Source: Leucoraja erinacea
Taxonomy: Eukaryota
Direction: 5' to 3'
NCBI RefSeq assembly: GCF_028641065.1
Contig: NC_073405.1
Coordinates: 20,398,001-20,462,000, forward strand
Length of the DNA: 64,000 bases
Below are positions 24,104-34,972 of this stretch, in pieces; the first letter of the stretch is position 1, and every line of letters begins with the position of its first letter. Both the position numbers and the translations under genes were made by a program. Below the pieces are notes generated by a model. The model saw only the letters and a program-made list of their open reading frames with translations, did not search any database and was not told the DNA's origin.

Positions 24104-26044
24104 TCAGAACCTACAAACCAGGAGTTTCAATTTTTGATGGCATGGATGGCTTATGCCGGATACCGGGTGAGTCAATAGTTGTGGGTGGCTGTGAAAACCC
24201 ATAGGTGACTCTACCACCATGTCGTGGAAAACTGGGAACCATGGTTGGGTAGGCCAGTCGGGTACGACCAGAATACCTGAAGCCGAGTCTGCTTGTATTT
24301 TCTGGAGTACCCGGCTGATGAGGCAGAAGGGAGGGAAAGCATAGAAGAAGAAATTTCCCCAATCCAGCGTGAAGGCATCTACCGCTGCTGCCTCTGGGTC
24401 TGGTTCCCAAGCCACATACATGGGTAGCTGGTGATTTAATCTAGACGCAAACAAATCTATATCTGGCGTACCGTATTGCTTAACAATTCTAGCAAATATT
24501 TTTGGGTCTAACATCCATTCGATGTTGTCATTGAATTTTCGTGACCTGGTGTCCGCCACTGTGTTTAGCTTGCCTGGTAAATAGGCAGCTGATAGCCAAA
24601 TATGTCTCTCGACACACCATTGCCAGATTATAGTAGTCAATTTGTCGCATGATACTGATTTTATGCCACCCATGTGCTGGATGTAAGACACCGCCGTCGT
24701 GTTATCAATCATTAACCTGACATGCACGTGCCGCATATCGGATGCATATGCTTTTAGCCCATAAAAGGCGGCCAGCATCTCCAAATAATTTATGCCTAGT
24801 GATTGTAGTAGCGATGCCTCTGAATTAGTCCATCTGCCACCTGTGCTGGATATAGAGTTAGTAGCTCCCCAGCCTAAAGCACTGGCATCCGTTGTAATGA
24901 CTATGTTAGGATTGGTGACGGCGATAGGACTGTAACTGTGCCAAATGTTATCCACCCACCACTGAAGTTCTGATTTGGCTTCAGCGGGTAAGTCCATAGT
25001 TCGGTCATAATGCCCCCTACTTAGACGTAGTGCATGTGTCCTTGCTCTTTGTAAATTCTGATAATGCAAGGGGCCATATTGTGCAGCTGGAAATGCTGCT
25101 CCTATACTACCAATGACTCTGGCTACATGCCGGATCTTTGGTTGTGTTTTTGCGATTAAGTTGTTACATGCTTCTGCTAATGCAGCCTTTTTGTCTCTTG
25201 GCAGAGTGACAGTCATACGGATAGTGTCGATAGTGAAGCCTAGATAGTCCATGTTAGTTGTTGGCTTCAATACTGATTTATCTGGGTGTAGAACAAATCC
25301 CAATGTTTCAAGGAGTTGTTTAGTAGCTAAGACTCCTGCGACAGCTAGTTCCCTTGTTCTCCCCAATATGAGAACATCATCCAGATAGGCCATGACTAAA
25401 TGTTTTTGTTCTCTTAATTTTTTCATGGCCACTTTGAGAATTTTAGTAAATAATCTGGGAGCTGTCGTTAAACCATTGGGTAATGCTCTATACTGCCATA
25501 GTTGCCCCATCCAGATAAATTTCAGATATCTGAAATGATCCTTATGAATGGGTACTAAATAGTAAGCATCCTTAATATCTATGCTTGCCATGAAGTATCC
25601 CTTGGAGATCAGTTGTCTGGCAGTAACAAATGTCTCCATTTTGAAATGTTGATACTCAACAGACTGATTTAGTGATGTCAAATCAATGATAATGCGACAT
25701 CCACCATATTTTTTGGTTCTGATAAATATATTCGATACAAATTCCAATGGCTCGTGTCTGGCCCTCTCAATGATGCCCTTGGACACGAGCCTATCTAGTT
25801 CAGCTTGTCCTTCTACCTTCTCTAATTCTGTGGGAAGGAATACCCTTTGGGGTATGTGCTGAACCGGCGGTTCTATGCCTGGTTTAAATTCAATTTTGTA
25901 TCCACTGATACTGTTGAGTATAAACTTGTTGTTAGTAAAGGAGCACCAAACATGTTTGAAGAACCTTAAACGCCCTCCTGTTAATACAACACCCTTTGTC
26001 TGTGTATGTTGACAGGAACCAGACCCACCTACCTCCATGTTCAT
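24104..26044 (-). CDS. DIRS1 ORF2: reverse transcriptase, RNase H and adenine-methyltransferase-like domain
   Basis: 646 aa. RT: DIKDAY, LPNGL, YLDD. RNase H: TDAS, INYLE, IDN. MTase: DIDLFAS, YAFPPF. Confidence 0.95.
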   Translation of the reverse strand: MNMEVGGSGSCQHTQTKGVVLTGGRLRFFKHVWCSFTNNKFILNSISGYKIEFKPGIEPPVQHIPQRVFLPTELEKVEGQAELDRLVSKGIIERARHEPLEFVSNIFIRTKKYGGCRIIIDLTSLNQSVEYQHFKMETFVTARQLISKGYFMASIDIKDAYYLVPIHKDHFRYLKFIWMGQLWQYRALPNGLTTAPRLFTKILKVAMKKLREQKHLVMAYLDDVLILGRTRELAVAGVLATKQLLETLGFVLHPDKSVLKPTTNMDYLGFTIDTIRMTVTLPRDKKAALAEACNNLIAKTQPKIRHVARVIGSIGAAFPAAQYGPLHYQNLQRARTHALRLSRGHYDRTMDLPAEAKSELQWWVDNIWHSYSPIAVTNPNIVITTDASALGWGATNSISSTGGRWTNSEASLLQSLGINYLEMLAAFYGLKAYASDMRHVHVRLMIDNTTAVSYIQHMGGIKSVSCDKLTTIIWQWCVERHIWLSAAYLPGKLNTVADTRSRKFNDNIEWMLDPKIFARIVKQYGTPDIDLFASRLNHQLPMYVAWEPDPEAAAVDAFTLDWGNFFFYAFPPFCLISRVLQKIQADSASGILVVPDWPTQPWFPVFHDMVVESPMGFHSHPQLLTHPVSGISHPCHQKLKLLVCRF

Positions 26045-26193
26045 TTCTGGGAGCGTTTGCGATGGGTTTGGCCCGAGGGTGTCCTTGTTGGTGCTGTGGT
26101 GGGGCGGCGTATCTTCCCACGGCTCCGCTCTGGGCCCCGCTCTAAAAAAGAGCTCTGGGGGTAGTGGGAAGCGGTCACCAGGCTTTCACCAGC

Positions 26194-27267
26194 TCAGTAC
26201 CTGCTGGTGGATGCCGAGGCGTGCTGCCAACTGGGTGTCTTCACCCTGCTCGGTCCTGGCCCTGCCCTCATGAGGCCTACAGGCTTGGCCGCCTCTTCCA
26301 GCTCCTTGAGCCTTTTCGCCAAGTCGGCCCCGAATAGTAGCGCCTCCTTTTCTGGCGCCGGAGCTTTGCAAAGGCCCGCGTATTTGGGGTTGAGGGCAGG
26401 CCTGATGTTTTCACGCCTTAAGTTGTTGAGCTCATACTGCGTGTTGCACATCAGGGCCAGCACGTCCTGCTGAGGTGTAGAGAGCTCCACGTTCTCCGTG
26501 GACCGAGCAAAGGCGGTAATGGCTGCGGTGTGGAGCTTCAGGATACGCTGCATCTTCAGCTCTTGTGTCCTGATATGCTGCCCCAGCTGGCTCCATATCT
26601 GGCCGTTTACGGTCTTTACTCGAAGCGCTTCGCAGTTTTCCGGCGCTGTGTAAGTGTCGAGGGCCTCTTGGATAATTTTCTCCTGCAATGGCTTATTAGA
26701 GAGCCTGTTGATACTGGCCGCCATTCTTGGCGCTAGCATCATTCTGGTCCTCGGGGGCGCCGCATACCTGCTGACTACACCCAGTAGCTCTTCTTCCTCC
26801 AGCTCGCCTGGCATGCTTGCGCTGTCGTCCGCCTGCCCTTGTGATAGGCCAGCCCAGTCCTGGCCTCCCTTACTGACCTCAAACAAGGAGGGAACAGAAG
26901 GGTGTGGTGATGGTTTGGAGGAGGCCACAGCCCGTCCTCCTTGGAGATGCCTTGCCTGCATCTCCTCCTCGAGCATCTGCTCGAGCAGCTGCCTTATGCA
27001 GCTTAAGCGGCTGTCTCCCCGTTTCGCCGGTGGAGAGTGTTCCCGTTCCTCCGACGAGTCGGAGGCCACCGGCCGGTCTGTTTTTCGGGTTGATTTTCTC
27101 CCTGTGCGGGGCGTCGAAATCGGCGGCCCAGGGAGCGGCTCGGCGTCGGGTGTGCGGGAGCGTTCAAACAGCTCCTCCGCCGCTGGTGGCTGCCGCCCAG
27201 ATATTGACCCCTCCTCGGGTGGAGTTGGGCAGGCAGTCCTCTTTGTTGGTCGCTTTCGGGTAGCCAT
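26194..27267 (-). CDS. DIRS1 ORF1 (gag-like), probably truncated by a premature stop
   Basis: ATG at 27267. 357 aa with 'YTAPENCEALRVKTVN', 'LNNLRRENIRPALNPKY' and 'LLFGADL' DIRS gag-type motifs. Confidence 0.8.
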   Translation of the reverse strand: MATRKRPTKRTACPTPPEEGSISGRQPPAAEELFERSRTPDAEPLPGPPISTPRTGRKSTRKTDRPVASDSSEEREHSPPAKRGDSRLSCIRQLLEQMLEEEMQARHLQGGRAVASSKPSPHPSVPSLFEVSKGGQDWAGLSQGQADDSASMPGELEEEELLGVVSRYAAPPRTRMMLAPRMAASINRLSNKPLQEKIIQEALDTYTAPENCEALRVKTVNGQIWSQLGQHIRTQELKMQRILKLHTAAITAFARSTENVELSTPQQDVLALMCNTQYELNNLRRENIRPALNPKYAGLCKAPAPEKEALLFGADLAKRLKELEEAAKPVGLMRAGPGPSRVKTPSWQHASASTSRY

Positions 27268-27749
27268 AGCTTCTTCCTCCGTTAGCGACTCTCTGTAATA
27301 CAAAAGACTCACTTACCTGAGGTCTTGTCTTTATCCTGCCGCTGGAGAGCCTGGCTCCAGCTGCTGCCGCTGTTGCGCTGCTGACGTAATGCCGCGCCTG
27401 CGCACTGGGTGGGTTCTTCACGTAGTCACTCACGTGACTCCGAAGTAAAATTAGTGTAGGGTGATCGCTGGCCGGCGTGAACTCAGTGGCCTATATTCAC
27501 GCTGTATCTCAAAACTAAACTAAATTAAACCAGATGTGTCGGAAGGAACTGCAGATGCTGGTTTAGCCTGAAAAAGGGTTCCGACCCGAAATGTCACCCA
27601 ACCTTTTTCTCCAGGGATGTTGCCTGAGCCACTGAGTTACTCCAGCACTTTGTTTCTATCTTAAAATAAACCATTCTCATGAGTCTCATTCCATGCTGTC
27701 CTCAAGGTGATCGTGCTGCAGATGGGGCATTAATTCTCCTCATGGTCTG

Positions 27750-28400
27750 AATGTTTTAACAAGGAGGTCTGGAAAGGGATGGAGTACCTGCATCTGTAGA
27801 ACCTCGTCAAGACCTCCTTGCACCTGACATGTTGATCTTCCAGCACAAGGGGATGTCTTTGTCCAGGCTCATCCCTGGCAACCGTGTAACTGAGGTATCC
27901 CGGCTGTGCGGACTGTTCCCAAAGTTGTACCCTGAGACGAGCATCAACTGCTACTGGAAGATCATCAACTCGGTGAAAGATGCACCTTGGTCTGTCCGAA
28001 ACGTGTTGGTCTTCCAGTGCAAGGAGATGTCTGCAAACAAACGCTGCCGACTGGCACATTCCAGGGTGCAGGAGTTTGTGCTGAAGGGCAACTGCAGCTT
28101 AGTGCAGACACCGTAAAGACTCTGTGGACAAGGACCGCAGTCACGGGAATACCGCCAGTGGACACTGAGGGTCAGGGCCTTGTGTAAAAACCTCTCACAC
28201 TTGACAAACCTTGATATTTTGACAATCACTTGACTCGACTGAGAAATTGTTTGGGACAGAAAAATTCATGACATATTGACACATGTTAAATATTGTAAAT
28301 GCATATAATGACAGTACCAGAAGAAGGAGGGCAATGGTATGTCCAATTTGCAAAGCTGTACAGTTTAGGTTTAATGTATATTTTTCAGGGGAAAAAAGCT
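27750..28400 (+). mobile_element. Tx1-like LINE 3' fragment
   Basis: 'INCYWKIINSVKDAPWSVRN...CRLAHSRVQEFVL', homologous to 13408-14490. Confidence 0.7.
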
Positions 28401-29675
28401 ATTTAAAGGAGAAAACATATCCATTTGCCTTTTCAAATAGTTTATTGATCTGATTTGCTGCCATTTAAGGATCTGTGGAGTTAATTCTCACCACACCACT
28501 CACTATTCTCCTCTTCTGTTGTTGCACTTCCTGAAATGTGTTACTGGTTCTTCTCTGAATTAAGTTTCATTTCCCACATTTGGGTGGCACAGTGGCTCAG
28601 CCAGTAGAGCTGTTTCCTCAAAATGCCAGAGACATTAGATATAATTAGATTAGATACAATTTATTGCCACACAACCAGGGTTGGTGGAAATTTGGGTTGT
28701 CAGCAGCAGTACAATAATAAAGGACTGTAACACAATAAAACTGTAACACAATCATCCATCACAGCATTCATCACTGTGGTGGAAGGCACAACATTTGGCC
28801 AGTCCTCCTCCATCCCCCCCCCCATGGACAGGACCAGAGTCCAGAGTCAGTCCAGTTTGCTTGTTCTTCCTGTGGCCACATGGGTTTCCTCCGGGTGCTC
28901 CAGTTTCCTCCCACATCTCAAAGACGTGTGGGTTTGCAGGGTAATTGGCCTCTGTAAATTGCCCCCAGTGTGCAGGATGTGGATGCATAAAGTGGGATAA
29001 CATAAAACCAGTGCGAACTGGTGATCTTTGCGGACTCGGTAGACTGAAGGGCCTGTTTCCGTGCTGTATCTCTAAACTAAAACTAAATTTATGCCTCGCC
29101 AACCAGACCATCTACTACCTAATCAATAGTAGATCCATTTTAATACTTTACTACTTTGCTTTATAACCAGACTGTAATGTGGAACCTTGCCAAAAGCTTT
29201 GTGTAAATTCCTTAGGGAAGAAAACTTGGTGAGCTAACATCAGTTATGACGTTATGTGAATCAAGTCCATGGTAACCTGATTCATTCCTGACTGCCCACC
29301 AAAGAGACTGGTGAAGTTTCAAGGTTGCATTAAAAATACTGCCAAGCTCACTAGAAGTCTCACCGCCACCTTTTCATGGCAATGAACCAACATCTAAGGT
29401 CAACTTTGCCAGCAGTGCCACATTCCTTCATTAATGGAAAACAGATGTAACTCATGCCCAATAGTTAATAAATAATCTGCTGAAAGCACTGTTGGGGAAA
29501 AAACCTGTTTCTACTTGTTTTTTTCTATAGTGTTCAACACTATTTCCATTATCATTCTCACAGTTCCTCATACCAAACATGTTCCTCATCAGAGACAATG
29601 ATTACAACATAGACTCTTACTGACTGCGGGGGAGTTTCCGGTCTTTGCAGGCAGAATCCAACAAAATCGTGCCTC

Positions 29676-29960
29676 TTTATAAATCACATCGCAGTATTGA
29701 TTCTGCTCCAGAACAGAGATTCTTCCAGTACGGCACAGACTCTGCTCCAGAACATAGATACCTGCGGTTCAGAACAGATCCCACTCTGGAACAGACCCAT
29801 CTCCAGCACGGCTCAGATTCTGCTGCAGCACAGGTAGTACCTCAGGGCAGAGACTGCTCCAGAACAGATACCTCTATCAGAGCACAGTCGCCACTCCAGG
29901 ACCGATTCTACCTCGGGACAGATGCTGCTCCAGACGAGAGACTCTCTACGATAGACACTC
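29676..29960 (+). promoter_or_regulatory. Putative TATA box followed by a degenerate ~39-bp tandem repeat in the presumed 5' leader of the SLC46A2-like gene
   Basis: TTTATAAAT at 29676-29684. Units starting ga(t/c)tctgctccagaaca at 29699, 29738, 29777 and 29816. Confidence 0.45.
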
Positions 29961-30043
29961 GTTTACCTCGTCCTGTGTTGGCAACCTGTTATGTTGAAGT
30001 GCGCATTGATTTAGATATTACATAGTGAGATCCCGCGTGTGAT

Positions 30044-31007
30044 ATGAGTGCGCTGCTCAGCTTTGTGGAGCCAGTGGTCTTTGTTACCAATGTGGCCAAT
30101 TCTCTCTTTGATACGGCGCTTTTGATGGTGGTCTACCGGCGGCTAAATGGGACAACGACTGGGAACAGTGACCTAGCGCAGAAGGAGGTGGCCCACTTCT
30201 ATATGGTTTACAACATGATCTACTCTCTGACCCCTGTGCTGACAACGGTGCTGCTGGGAAGGTGGGCCGATCGTCAAGGCCAGAAGGTCCTGCTGATTGT
30301 CCCTTTGCTGGGGTATCTCCTCGGGAGGTTCTTGCTGCTCTTCACCCATGTTTTCCACTTGCCCATCAGTGTGATGTACGGCTCAGCAGTGATCAACGGG
30401 CTGACTGGAGGGTTCCCAGCCTACTGGAGTGGAATCAATGCCATCACATCCATGAGGTCAGGAGAAGCAAGACGCAGCCTAAGGTTAAATGTGCTGGAGG
30501 TGACGTCAGGGGTGGCAGGACTCCTGGGCAGTGTGGCATCCGGACACTTCTTTATGATCAGAATTCACAACGAGAATGGACTCCTGCTGATCTGCCTGTG
30601 CCTGTCCCTGTACTTACTAAGCCTGTTGTACTCGGCAATCTTTCTCAGATACCCTGCTGTCCCTCCACGAGAACAGGTCCCCAGAGGAGTGCACAATCCA
30701 TGCTGGAGAAAATTCAGCAGAGAAATGCTTCTTCTCTCCACCTGCTACCTCCTGTACGATTTTGGAAGGACTGGTGGGGAAAATATAATCTCAATTTATG
30801 TTCTGAAGCCCCCCCTGAGCTGGAACCCGGTCCTCGTGGGTTATGGCCGGGCAGCCACCTTCGGTATGTTCCTGACCAGCTTCTTTGGAATCCTGATCTT
30901 CTCCCGGCATTTAAGTGACACATCTCTGGTGTTCATGGGCATCATCTCCAACACAGCTGGATTGGTCACCATGGCCTTTATGAGAAGCACCCCCTGGTAC
31001 TTTATTG
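30044..31007 (+). CDS. SLC46A2: SLC46A2 (TSCOT)-like MFS transporter, exon 1
   Basis: 'VEPVV..VANSLFD.ALL', 'FYMVYN', 'GLTGGFPAYWSG', 'RRSLRL', 'YVLKPPLSWNPVLVGYG'. Donor G|GTAAGT at 31008. The large first exon is as in SLC46A2. Orthology versus paralogy is unresolved. Confidence 0.85.
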
Positions 31008-31051
31008 GTAAGTCACCAATCCTGCTCGACCACTATGATACGACACCTTTA

Positions 31052-31270
31052 CGGGCGGCAAGGTGGCGCTGCAGTAGAGTTGCTTCCTTGCAAAGCCAAA
31101 GACCCAGGTTCGATCCTAACTGTGGGTGCTGTTTGTACGGAGTTTGTACGTTCTCCCCGTGACCTGCGTGGGTTTTCTCCGGGTGCTCCGGTTTCCTCCC
31201 ACACTCCAAAGATGTACAGGTTTGTAGACTAATTGGCTTGGGTAAAATTGTAATTTGTCCCTTGTGTGTA
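31052..31270 (+). mobile_element. V-SINE
   Basis: tRNA-like head with GGTTCGATCC B box and V-domain. Other copies at about 11490-11745(-), 28860-29090(+), 31820-32117(-), 33680-33905(-), 40595-40890(+), 40970-41360(-), 45375-45605(-) and 59540-59735(-). Confidence 0.85.
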
Positions 31271-32229
31271 GGAAATTCAGGGAATGGACAATTTAAAATA
31301 TCTGATATATTTTTTTTTTTAATAAATTTTTATTAGAGGCATCTGCATATCATAGTCCAAACTAACACAGACTTTGTTTGCATACTAAATATCGATTTCA
31401 GGGACCCAGTTACCAAAGTAGCTGGGATCCTGCTTTATCGGTTACATATTAACATTGCCTCTAATTATTTATTTATATTTATAGATAGAGAAAATATAGA
31501 AAGAAAGAAAGAAATTAGAAAAATAGGATAAACTATCAATAATACAACAGGAGTTAGTAATACAACTTAGAACATAACTATTCATCTAGTCCTGGGTTCG
31601 AAAATATCTAATTTTAATAGTTAATAAAGTAGAATAAAAGATAGGAAACATTGGGTCATTGAATGAGTCTTTGAATTTCGAACAGTGTGAAGTTTTAACC
31701 ATGGATGTGGGACTGTGGTCTAGAGACGCAAGATTTACTCACACATTTTAAGGTTATGTGTTCATATCCTCACCACTACAAATTGGGAAACTGAGATTGG
31801 TGAATTTTGTAAGTTTAGTTAAATTTAGAGATACAGTGAGGAAATAGGCCCATTCACCCACCGATACTGTGCCAACCAGCAATCCCCGCATATTAGCACT
31901 ATCCTACACACATTAGGGACAATTTACAATTATACCAAGCCAATTAACCTACAAACCTTTATGCCTTTGGAGTGCAGGAGGAAACCGGAGATCCCGGGGG
32001 AAAAAACCCCACACAGTTCATGGGGAGAACGTACAAACGCCACAGAGACAGCACCTGTAGTCAGGATCAAACCAGGGTCTTTGACGCTGTAAGGCTGCAA
32101 ATCTACTGCTGCACCGTGAATGAATGAATGAATGAATTATTGTCACATGTGACAAGTCACAGTGAAATTCATTGCTTGCCTACCCAAGATATGCAAAAGT
32201 CAACGCATATGGCGCAGAAAAAGTTACAA

Positions 32230-32862
32230 AGTATAACCATATAACAATTACAGCACGGAAACAGGCCATCTCGACCCTTCTAGTCCGTGCCGAACACGTA
32301 TTCTCCCCTAGTCCCATATACCTGCGCTCAGACCATAACCCTCCATTCCTTTTCCGTCCATATAACTATCCAATTTATTTTTAAATGATAAAAACAAACC
32401 TGCCTCCACCACCTTCACTGGAAGCTCATGCCACACAGCCACCACTCTCTGAGTAAAGAAGTTCCCCCTCATGTTACCCCTAAACTTCTGTCCCTGAATT
32501 CTCAAGTCATGTCCCCTTGTTTGAATCTTCCCTACTCTCAGTGGGAAAAGCTTATCCACGTCAACTCTGTCTATCCCTCTCATCATTTTAAAGACCTCTA
32601 TCAAGTCACCCCTTAACCTTCTCCCCCCCAAAGAATAAATCCCTAACTTGTTCAACCTTTCTCTGTAACTTAGTTACTGAAACCCAGGCAACATTCTAGT
32701 AAATCTCCTCTGTACTCTCTCTATTTTGTTGACGTCTTTCCTATAATTTGGCGACCAAAATTGTACACCATACTCCAGAATTGGCCTCACCAATGCCTTG
32801 TACAATTATAACATTACATCCCAACTTCTATACTCAATGCTCTGATTTATAAAGGCCAGCAC
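32230..32862 (-). mobile_element. CR1-clade LINE 3' fragment
   Basis: 'LGIYSL..RRLRGDLIEVFKMMRG...TRGHDL...FFTQRVV.VW..LP'. Confidence 0.9.
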
Positions 32863-34972
32863 GCAAGTATACAAAGTATCTGTGTCAGGACCCCCTTGGT
32901 ATTCCCCCTCCTCCACCCAACCCCCCCTCATGATGGCCCCCTCACGCCGGTCCTCCATTGTCCATTGTCCATTGTTCTCCGCCCCCCCCCCTCACAGCGG
33001 TCCCCCACGCTGGATCCCACTTTGTTCCTTCCCTCGTCAGTGGCCCATCCTTGTCTGTCGGTCGGCGCCCTCAGAGTTGTGGGATGGCAATAACCATGAA
33101 TTAACAGATTGTTATACAGACGTAATTTGTGTTCCTCAGGGAATAGGTCATAATAAATGGTCAGACCTTCATGGGACATTTATCCCACAGTGCAGCTTCG
33201 TATAGGAGTCTGAAACAAAATGTGTTTCACGTTAAGTTCAATTTTCTCTGCATTCGGAGAGTTTCCAGCACGTTCAGTTTTTATTTCACATCTCCATTTC
33301 CAGTATCTGGGATTTTCTTCTTTTCTAATAAATTGGTGACTGCTCTGTGAGAAACATCTGGAATTGTGAAAGCAATGAGAAATACGTTCTTGGGTGTAAT
33401 TCGTTCCTAAATCCCCAGGGTCAGTAGGATTAGGCAATACACATGAATCTTTTCAGTGGTGACCACATCCTGAGAGTGAGTAAAAAAGGCTGAGTTCATG
33501 GCCTCAAATATTTGTAAGACGTGGATTTATATTGTGCTAAAAATCCAGAACCCTTTAACCATGAATGGTATGGAAACACTGATAAAATTATTCTGAACAC
33601 TGGTTAGTTTCAGCGAGGATTTTTAACTATTTTCTATCTAAATATTTACATCTAACCTTGACCTAATAAATCCTAGCTTAGTTTAGAGATACAGTGCTGA
33701 AACAGGCCCTTCGGCCCACCGAGTCCGCACTGACCAGCGATCACCTGGTACACTGTCCTACACACTAGGGACAATTTACCATTTTTACCGGTCAATTAAC
33801 CTACAAACTTGTACGCCTTTGGAGTGTGGGAGGAAACCGGAGCCCCGGAGAAACCCGCACAGTCACGGGGAGAACGTACAAACTCCGTAGAGATAGCACC
33901 CAGGTCCGGTGCTGACTCCACAGAAGTTGGGGGAGTCCAGAACCAGGGGCCCCAGTTTAAGAATAAGGAGCAGACCATTTAGAACTGAGATGAGGAAAAA
34001 CCTTTTCACCCAGAGAGTTGTGAATATGTAGAATTCTATGCCTCAAAAGGCAGTGGAGGCATTCAAAAGAGAGTTAGATAGAATTCTTAGGGCTAGTGGA
34101 ATCAAGGGATATGGGGAGAAGGCAGGAACGGGTTACTGATTGTGGATGATCAGCCATGATCACATTGAATGGCGGTGCTGGCTCGAAGGGCCGAATGGCC
34201 TACTCCACCTATTTTCTATGTTTCTATTTATTAGAGCCTGAAATCTGCAACATCCAGGTTCAGGAACAGCTACTTCCCCACAGCCATCAGACTATTAAAC
34301 ACAACTTCAAACAAACTCTGAACTATAACAGCCTATTGCACTTTATCTGTTTATTTATGTGTGTATATATATATATATTCCATGGTATATGGACACACTG
34401 ATCGGATCTGTATTTATGCCTACAATATTCTATTGTGCTGCAACAAGCAAGAATTTCATTGTCCTATCTGGGACACATGACAATAAACTCTCTTGACTTG
34501 ACTTGACCTGAAACATCACCCCTTCCTTCTCTCCAGAGATGCCGCCTGTCCTCCTGAGTTACTACAGCTTTTTGTGTCTATCTCCCACTTACAATCAGTT
34601 TAAAGAAGAGTTCTGATCCGAAACGCCACCTATCTATTTTGTCCAGAGATGCTGCCTGACGCACTGAGTTATTCCAGCATTTTGTTTCAATCTTTGGCAA
34701 AAACCAACATCTGCAGTTCAATTATATAATATTTTTAATTAAATCCTACCCTTTCTGTTGTGTAAAAACTAGGGGTTGCAGTTGGCATGTGTTTAAGCCC
34801 AGTCTGTGGGGCAGATGTAGTGTTGGAGCAGTCCCTGTCCAGATAGAATGGTCCCTGCAGATGGATTAACCTCTTCATAGCTGAAAGAGAATGCGGCCAT
34901 CCCATCTCGGTGAGTCCTGGATCTGTTAGCAGAGGCAGACCCAGGCAGAGTGAGCTGACTACATCTCACCCA

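Larger units (their letters stand above)
22635..27450 (-). mobile_element. Full-length DIRS1-group tyrosine-recombinase retrotransposon
   Basis: gag, RT/RNaseH/MTase and YR ORFs. Inverted terminal repeats (22709-22743 vs 27389-27423). Internal complementary region 22859-22971 matching both termini. No TSD. Confidence 0.95.

Noticed and set aside
24104-24520. Adenine methyltransferase motifs as bacterial or phage gene transfer
   Set aside because: This domain is a known standard part of DIRS1 pol.
9560-29600. CHAF1A, expected head-to-head with SH3GL1 from human synteny
   Set aside because: No recognisable CHAF1A exons. The interval is almost entirely transposon-derived.
31008-31162. C-terminal extension of the 372-aa ORF 30044..31162
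   Set aside because: It reads through the GTAAGT donor into a V-SINE. The real protein continues in exons at 39725, 44355 and 45825.
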